From Candidatus Sumerlaeaceae bacterium (GTDB lineage Bacteria > Sumerlaeota > Sumerlaeia > Sumerlaeales > Sumerlaeaceae): a stretch of DNA of 64,000 nucleotides. The stretch is taken from positions 64,001-128,000 of the forward strand of contig JBMFRB010000009.1 of NCBI GenBank assembly GCA_049968255.1, in the 5' to 3' direction. Positions 59,800 through 64,000 of this stretch are shown here, one piece after another; the stretch's first letter is position 1; every line of letters starts with the position of its first letter. Below the pieces are notes generated by a model that saw nothing but the letters and a program-made list of their open reading frames with translations, did no database searches and was not told the DNA's origin. Position numbers and translations under genes: made by a program.

Positions 59800-60628
59800 T
59801 TGTCGCGATCCCTTCAACAAAAACTTTTTGGCTGGCGTAAAAAACAAGCAAGATCGGAATAATCGATACCACGGCGCCCGCCATCATCATCGGCCAGTTG
59901 CTGCTGTACTGCGTTTGCAGAAAGCTCAGTCCAGCAGTGAGGGGCATCTTTTCGATCGTGTCAATGTAAATCAAGGGACTCAAGAGATCGTTCCAGCTCG
60001 TGATGAATGTGAAAACACCCAGCGTTGTCAAAGCTGGTTTGGCGAGAGGGAGATAAATTCGGAAGAGCACGCCTCCCGGCGTCAGGCCATCCACCAGTGC
60101 TGCCTCGTAAAGGTCGCGCGGAATGGCCAGAAAAAACTGCCTGAGAAAGAACACCGCGAAGCCTCCCCCGAAAAACGCCGGTACCCACAGGGGATAATGA
60201 CTGTCTTTCCAACCGAGTTTCTGAAAAATAATGAAGACGGGAATGAGCGTGGTTTGCCACGGCACCATCAGGGTGATCAGTGCAGCCGCAAAAAGAAGCG
60301 TCCGACCGGGAAAACGTAAGCGTGCTAACGCAAAAGCTCCCATGGAACAAGAGAGAAGCACCCCGACAACATTGAGTGTCGTAATTTTCACGCTATTGAA
60401 GAAAAAGCGCTCTATGGGCAGAGTTTTCCTAAGAAGCTGGTAGTTTTCGAAATGCCAATGCTCGGGAAAGAGCATGGGAGGATAGCGAAACGCTTCCTCC
60501 ATCGTTTTGAATGATGTGGTGACCATCCACACGAAGGGAAAGATCATCACGACTGCGATAAAAAGCAGAAGGGCGTATATGCCGCCGGCCCAAAGCAACT
60601 TTTGCCAATTCTTGCGATTCTTTCTCAT
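59783..60628 (-). CDS. Carbohydrate ABC transporter permease (MalG-like)
   Basis: EAA loop 'IPRDLYEAALVDG', 'FITSWND'; ATGA overlap with the upstream permease. Confidence 0.93.
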   Translation of the reverse strand: MRKNRKNWQKLLWAGGIYALLLFIAVVMIFPFVWMVTTSFKTMEEAFRYPPMLFPEHWHFENYQLLRKTLPIERFFFNSVKITTLNVVGVLLSCSMGAFALARLRFPGRTLLFAAALITLMVPWQTTLIPVFIIFQKLGWKDSHYPLWVPAFFGGGFAVFFLRQFFLAIPRDLYEAALVDGLTPGGVLFRIYLPLAKPALTTLGVFTFITSWNDLLSPLIYIDTIEKMPLTAGLSFLQTQYSSNWPMMMAGAVVSIIPILLVFYASQKVFVEGIATSGLKG

Positions 60629-61557
60629 GTGTGAACCCACCGGCGTTGCAAAACAATCTGGATGCCCGTGACAGCGCCAATCAGCACAAACAGCGCCATG
60701 CCGATTGTACATGCGTAGCCCATGTCGAGGTAGCGAAATGCGTGATTGTAGAGATAGTAGACAATCGTCAGTGTGGAGTTGGCGGGGCGCCCATCGCGTG
60801 CCATGATGTAAACTTGATCAAAAACTTGGAAGGCGCCGATGAGCGACGTGACCAGCACGAAGAACATCACTGGCGAGATTCCGGGTAAAGTCACGTGAAT
60901 GAACTGGCGAAAACGGTTCGCCCCGTCAATCGCTGCCGCTTCGTAGAGCTCGCGTGGCACATTCTGCAGGGCGGCAAGGAAAATCACCATGTTGTAGCCG
61001 AGGCCCTTCCACACACTCATCGCGATGATGGCGGGCATCGCGGTCCGGGGATCATTGAGCCACGCCACGGGCTTCAACCACGGAATTCCCAGCAGCCGCC
61101 CACCTTGCTCGAGGAGATAATTCAGGATCCCATAGTTGCTGTCGTAGAACCATGTCCACACGAGGGCTACTGCGACAGTGGAAGTGACCACCGGCGTGAA
61201 ATAGAGGGTGCGAAAGACCTGAATGGCCGGCAAGCGCACGTTGACCACCACGGCCAGAGCTAGAGAAAGCACAATGCCCGTCGGGACAGAGCCCGCCACG
61301 TAAAACAAGGTATTGCGCAAGGCTTTCCAAAAGAGCTCGTCTGTCCAAAGCCGCTGCCAATTGGCCAGTCCAACGAACTTCGGTGGAGTGAGGTTGTCCC
61401 AGTGGAAAAAAGCCAACCCCAGTGCGGCTGAAATAGGACCTAAGGAGAAGAAAAGAAGTCCCAACGCAAAGGGAAGGCTCAGCAACCATCCCCATAGCCG
61501 CTCAATGCGTGCCAGCGGCGAGGAGGGGCGTTTTCGCAGAAGTTGCGCTTCGCCCAT
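60625..61557 (-). CDS. Carbohydrate ABC transporter permease (MalF-like)
   Basis: 'FVGLANW', 'LQNVPRELYEAAAIDGA', 'FQVFDQVY'. Confidence 0.93.
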   Translation of the reverse strand: MGEAQLLRKRPSSPLARIERLWGWLLSLPFALGLLFFSLGPISAALGLAFFHWDNLTPPKFVGLANWQRLWTDELFWKALRNTLFYVAGSVPTGIVLSLALAVVVNVRLPAIQVFRTLYFTPVVTSTVAVALVWTWFYDSNYGILNYLLEQGGRLLGIPWLKPVAWLNDPRTAMPAIIAMSVWKGLGYNMVIFLAALQNVPRELYEAAAIDGANRFRQFIHVTLPGISPVMFFVLVTSLIGAFQVFDQVYIMARDGRPANSTLTIVYYLYNHAFRYLDMGYACTIGMALFVLIGAVTGIQIVLQRRWVHT

Positions 61558-61559
61558 CT

Positions 61560-62873
61560 CTACTTTCCCGGTTCGGTTTGTGGCCTCTCGGCCAGGATTT
61601 TGTCCACCGCTTGGGCGGCATCTTTGGCAGCAGAGTCAATGTCCTTGCGCCCGAGCCACACTGCTTCAAGTTCTCCTCGAATCGTCTCTTCAATTTTGGC
61701 AAAATTGCGGGTGAAATCCAGGGGTTGGGCATAGGCTAGCTGATCGAGGAAGAACTGTTTTCCCTCAACGCTTCCGTCGAGGTACATGGGCGATTCAGCC
61801 ACTTCGCGCATAGCAGGAATCGAAGTTCCGGATTTGGCAAGTTGCTCCTGGTACTCGCGAGAGGCCAGAAATTTCAGAAACTCCCAAGCCGCCTCTTTGT
61901 TTTTGCTCTTGGCGTAGATGGCGTTGCCCAGGCCATTGACAGGGGCCGCCTTGCGTTTGCCTTTCGGTAGCGGCGCGATCGCCCACTGGAAACTTTTCGC
62001 CTCCTTGAACGATTTGATCATCCAGGATCCCTCGGGCGACATCGCCACACGCCCCGTCAGAAACATGTTGCTGCCGAATGTCGAGCTTTGAGCTACGTCG
62101 GGAGCGACCTTATGCTTCACCACCAAATCGGAATAGAACCGCAGTGCTTCGATCGCTGCAGGCTCTGCCAGCATGCATTTCGTACGAGTTTTGTTCAGGA
62201 TCTCTCCTCCATTTTGCCACACCCAGTATCCCCAGTGTACTTCCATGGAGTCGTAGCCGGCGTTGAAGCCGAAGATATCCGTGCGGCCATCCTGATTTTC
62301 GTCCACAGTGCAAGCTTTCGCCTTTTCGAGGAAATCTTTCCAATCCCAGTCGGGCTTTGGAAACGCAACACCACGCTTTTGAAAAATTGATTTATTATAA
62401 TAAATCGCAACGGTGTTACAGTCGCGAGGCAGCGCCCACAAAGCGTTGTTCTCTTGGAAAATGGACACAGTCTGCGGATAATAGCGGTCAAGCGAAAGAG
62501 AGGTGTCGCGGTCGACCCATGGCTTGAGATTTTCAAGTTGGCCGCGTGCCGCATAGTCATTCGAGTAACCGCCATTGAGAAGGAAAACGTCCGGGGCTGT
62601 CCCGGCGGCCATCTGCGCCTGGAGCTTATTCCAGTATTCTCCCCACGACGCAAACTCGAGCACCACCTTAATGTTGGGATGTTTTTTCTCAAATGAGCTC
62701 AGAAGCTGGCGCTCCGCTTCGATTTCTTCTGGAAGTCCCCAGCGCGAGTATCGGATCGTTGTCACACGAGCCTCTGCTGGAGTCCCGGCGTGCTGCTGCG
62801 AGCATCCGCCCAATGCCAACACGAGCGCCGTTGCCATGGTTGCTGCCGCCACAAACCCAGCGTAATTCATCAT
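61560..62873 (-). CDS. Carbohydrate ABC transporter substrate-binding lipoprotein (CUT1)
   Basis: Lipobox 'LALGGC'; 'AGTAPDVF', 'IYYNK', 'WDWKDF', 'SKNKEAAWEFLKF'. Confidence 0.92.
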   Translation of the reverse strand: MMNYAGFVAAATMATALVLALGGCSQQHAGTPAEARVTTIRYSRWGLPEEIEAERQLLSSFEKKHPNIKVVLEFASWGEYWNKLQAQMAAGTAPDVFLLNGGYSNDYAARGQLENLKPWVDRDTSLSLDRYYPQTVSIFQENNALWALPRDCNTVAIYYNKSIFQKRGVAFPKPDWDWKDFLEKAKACTVDENQDGRTDIFGFNAGYDSMEVHWGYWVWQNGGEILNKTRTKCMLAEPAAIEALRFYSDLVVKHKVAPDVAQSSTFGSNMFLTGRVAMSPEGSWMIKSFKEAKSFQWAIAPLPKGKRKAAPVNGLGNAIYAKSKNKEAAWEFLKFLASREYQEQLAKSGTSIPAMREVAESPMYLDGSVEGKQFFLDQLAYAQPLDFTRNFAKIEETIRGELEAVWLGRKDIDSAAKDAAQAVDKILAERPQTEPGK

Positions 62874-63796
62874 TGTTCTCCCTTCTTTTGAGAAAGCATC
62901 CATTCATAGGTTTTCTGAAGGCCGTCATGCAGGCTGATTTGCGGCCTCCACCCCAAGGCCGCCAGTCGCTCGATCGCCCCCCGCGAGTGACGCACGTCCC
63001 CTGGTCGCTCCGCTGCATGCACGATGGGAGAATTCGAGCCTGCAATTTGCCGGATTGTCTTGGCAAGTTCGTTGATGGTGATTCGTCGGCCAGCAGCCAC
63101 ATTGTACACTCCTTCTCCCTTCTCGGCGGCCAGCAAATTCGCGCTCACGACATCATCGACGTAAATGAAATCCCTGGTCTGCTCACCATCGCCGAAGATC
63201 GTCAACGGCTTGCCTTCAATGGCCCGAGCAAAAAAAATGGAAACAGCTGCGGCATAGGGACTCGTGGGATCCTGACGCGGCCCAAACACATTGAAATAAC
63301 GCAAAGCCACAGTTCGCATCCCGTTCCTTCCATTCGCTAAACTAACATAGTATTCCCCCGCAAGCTTTGAGATGGCATAGGGCGAGACCGGCGCGGGGAG
63401 ATCACTCTCCGAATGTTGAGGGCGATCGACATTGCCGTAAATTGCTGACGTAGATGAAAAGACAAAAGCTTTCACACCTGCCTGGGCTGCTGCACTGAGC
63501 AGAACAATGGTGCCAATCGTATTGATCTGCTCCGCCTCAATGGGGTGTTCCACGCTCTCAGGCACGCTCACCAAAGCCGCGAGGTGGTGAACGACATCCA
63601 CGTCGGCTACGGCCTGCTCCACCATCGCTGAATCTGTCACGGATCCTTGAATCAGCTCAACGTCCAGGCCAGCGAGGTTTTCCCTTTTCCCCGTGCGAAA
63701 ATTGTCAAGAATTCGTACCTGCGCGCCTCTTTTTAGCCAAGCATGAGCAATGTGGCTCCCGATAAATCCCGCGCCGCCTGTCACAAGGACTTTCAC
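62870..63796 (-). CDS. NAD-dependent epimerase (UDP-glucose/UDP-GlcNAc 4-epimerase-like)
   Basis: RBS GGAGG; '[13 protein letters not shown]', 'SVPESV', 'SPYAISK', 'LRYFNVFGPRQDP', 'RDFIYV'. Confidence 0.9.
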   Translation of the reverse strand: MKVLVTGGAGFIGSHIAHAWLKRGAQVRILDNFRTGKRENLAGLDVELIQGSVTDSAMVEQAVADVDVVHHLAALVSVPESVEHPIEAEQINTIGTIVLLSAAAQAGVKAFVFSSTSAIYGNVDRPQHSESDLPAPVSPYAISKLAGEYYVSLANGRNGMRTVALRYFNVFGPRQDPTSPYAAAVSIFFARAIEGKPLTIFGDGEQTRDFIYVDDVVSANLLAAEKGEGVYNVAAGRRITINELAKTIRQIAGSNSPIVHAAERPGDVRHSRGAIERLAALGWRPQISLHDGLQKTYEWMLSQKKGEQ

Positions 63797-64000
63797 GCAA
63801 CCCAACCTCCGACTAGATTTACTGGAACACAACTCTAGGAGGCACAAACAATTTTTCCAGAAAAATAATCTTCTCCTCTTCCTCGATCTGTGCCATGTGC
63901 TTCTGTTTCTTTTGGATCACGTAGCCTGCCGCGGGCGCTCAACTCTTAGAGCCAATCACAGCGGCCAAGCTCACTCTTCGCCCAGCGAACTTCCAGCAAT

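Noticed and set aside
63811-64000. 3' end of a gene at the window edge (one minus frame ends '...GRCDWL*')
   Set aside because: Too little sequence to pick the frame; resemblance to the DWxL tail cannot be supported.

Overview
Bacterial chromosomal window, moderately GC-rich by eye, from a diderm organism. The pilin-like family and C-terminal tails below suggest Ca. Sumerlaeota/BRC1 or a relative (inference, not verified). Core genes are infB, rnj, pilT, folP, nrdR, rpoB-rpoC, lysA, rpmH-rnpA-yidD-yidC and tRNA-Glu(CTC), several detached from their usual neighbours and interleaved with secreted proteins. The last ~16 kb is a minus-strand carbohydrate locus: GalE-like epimerase, sugar ABC transporter and ROK regulator, then an operon headed by a prepilin-type gene and continuing with a Gfo/Idh/MocA oxidoreductase, a galactokinase-like kinase, a repeat protein, a large GH-like protein, a GalT-like enzyme and a secreted carbohydrate-binding protein. 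Most notable: (1) three unrelated secreted proteins end in a shared ~10-residue tail (S/A-x-V/A-x-D-W-x-L-Y/L), a candidate sorting or anchoring signal; (2) a pilin-like gene leads a sugar-catabolic operon; (3) an MglA-like GTPase has Gln at its Arg-finger position plus an extra domain; (4) DnaA-like boxes and tandem NrdR-like boxes lie in front of an orphan nrdR; (5) a sigma54-type promoter with tandem UAS-like sites precedes a Spy/CpxP-like operon; (6) a candidate anti-Shine-Dalgarno sRNA. No CRISPR array, IS element or prophage was seen. All calls come from reading the sequence; no searches were run.
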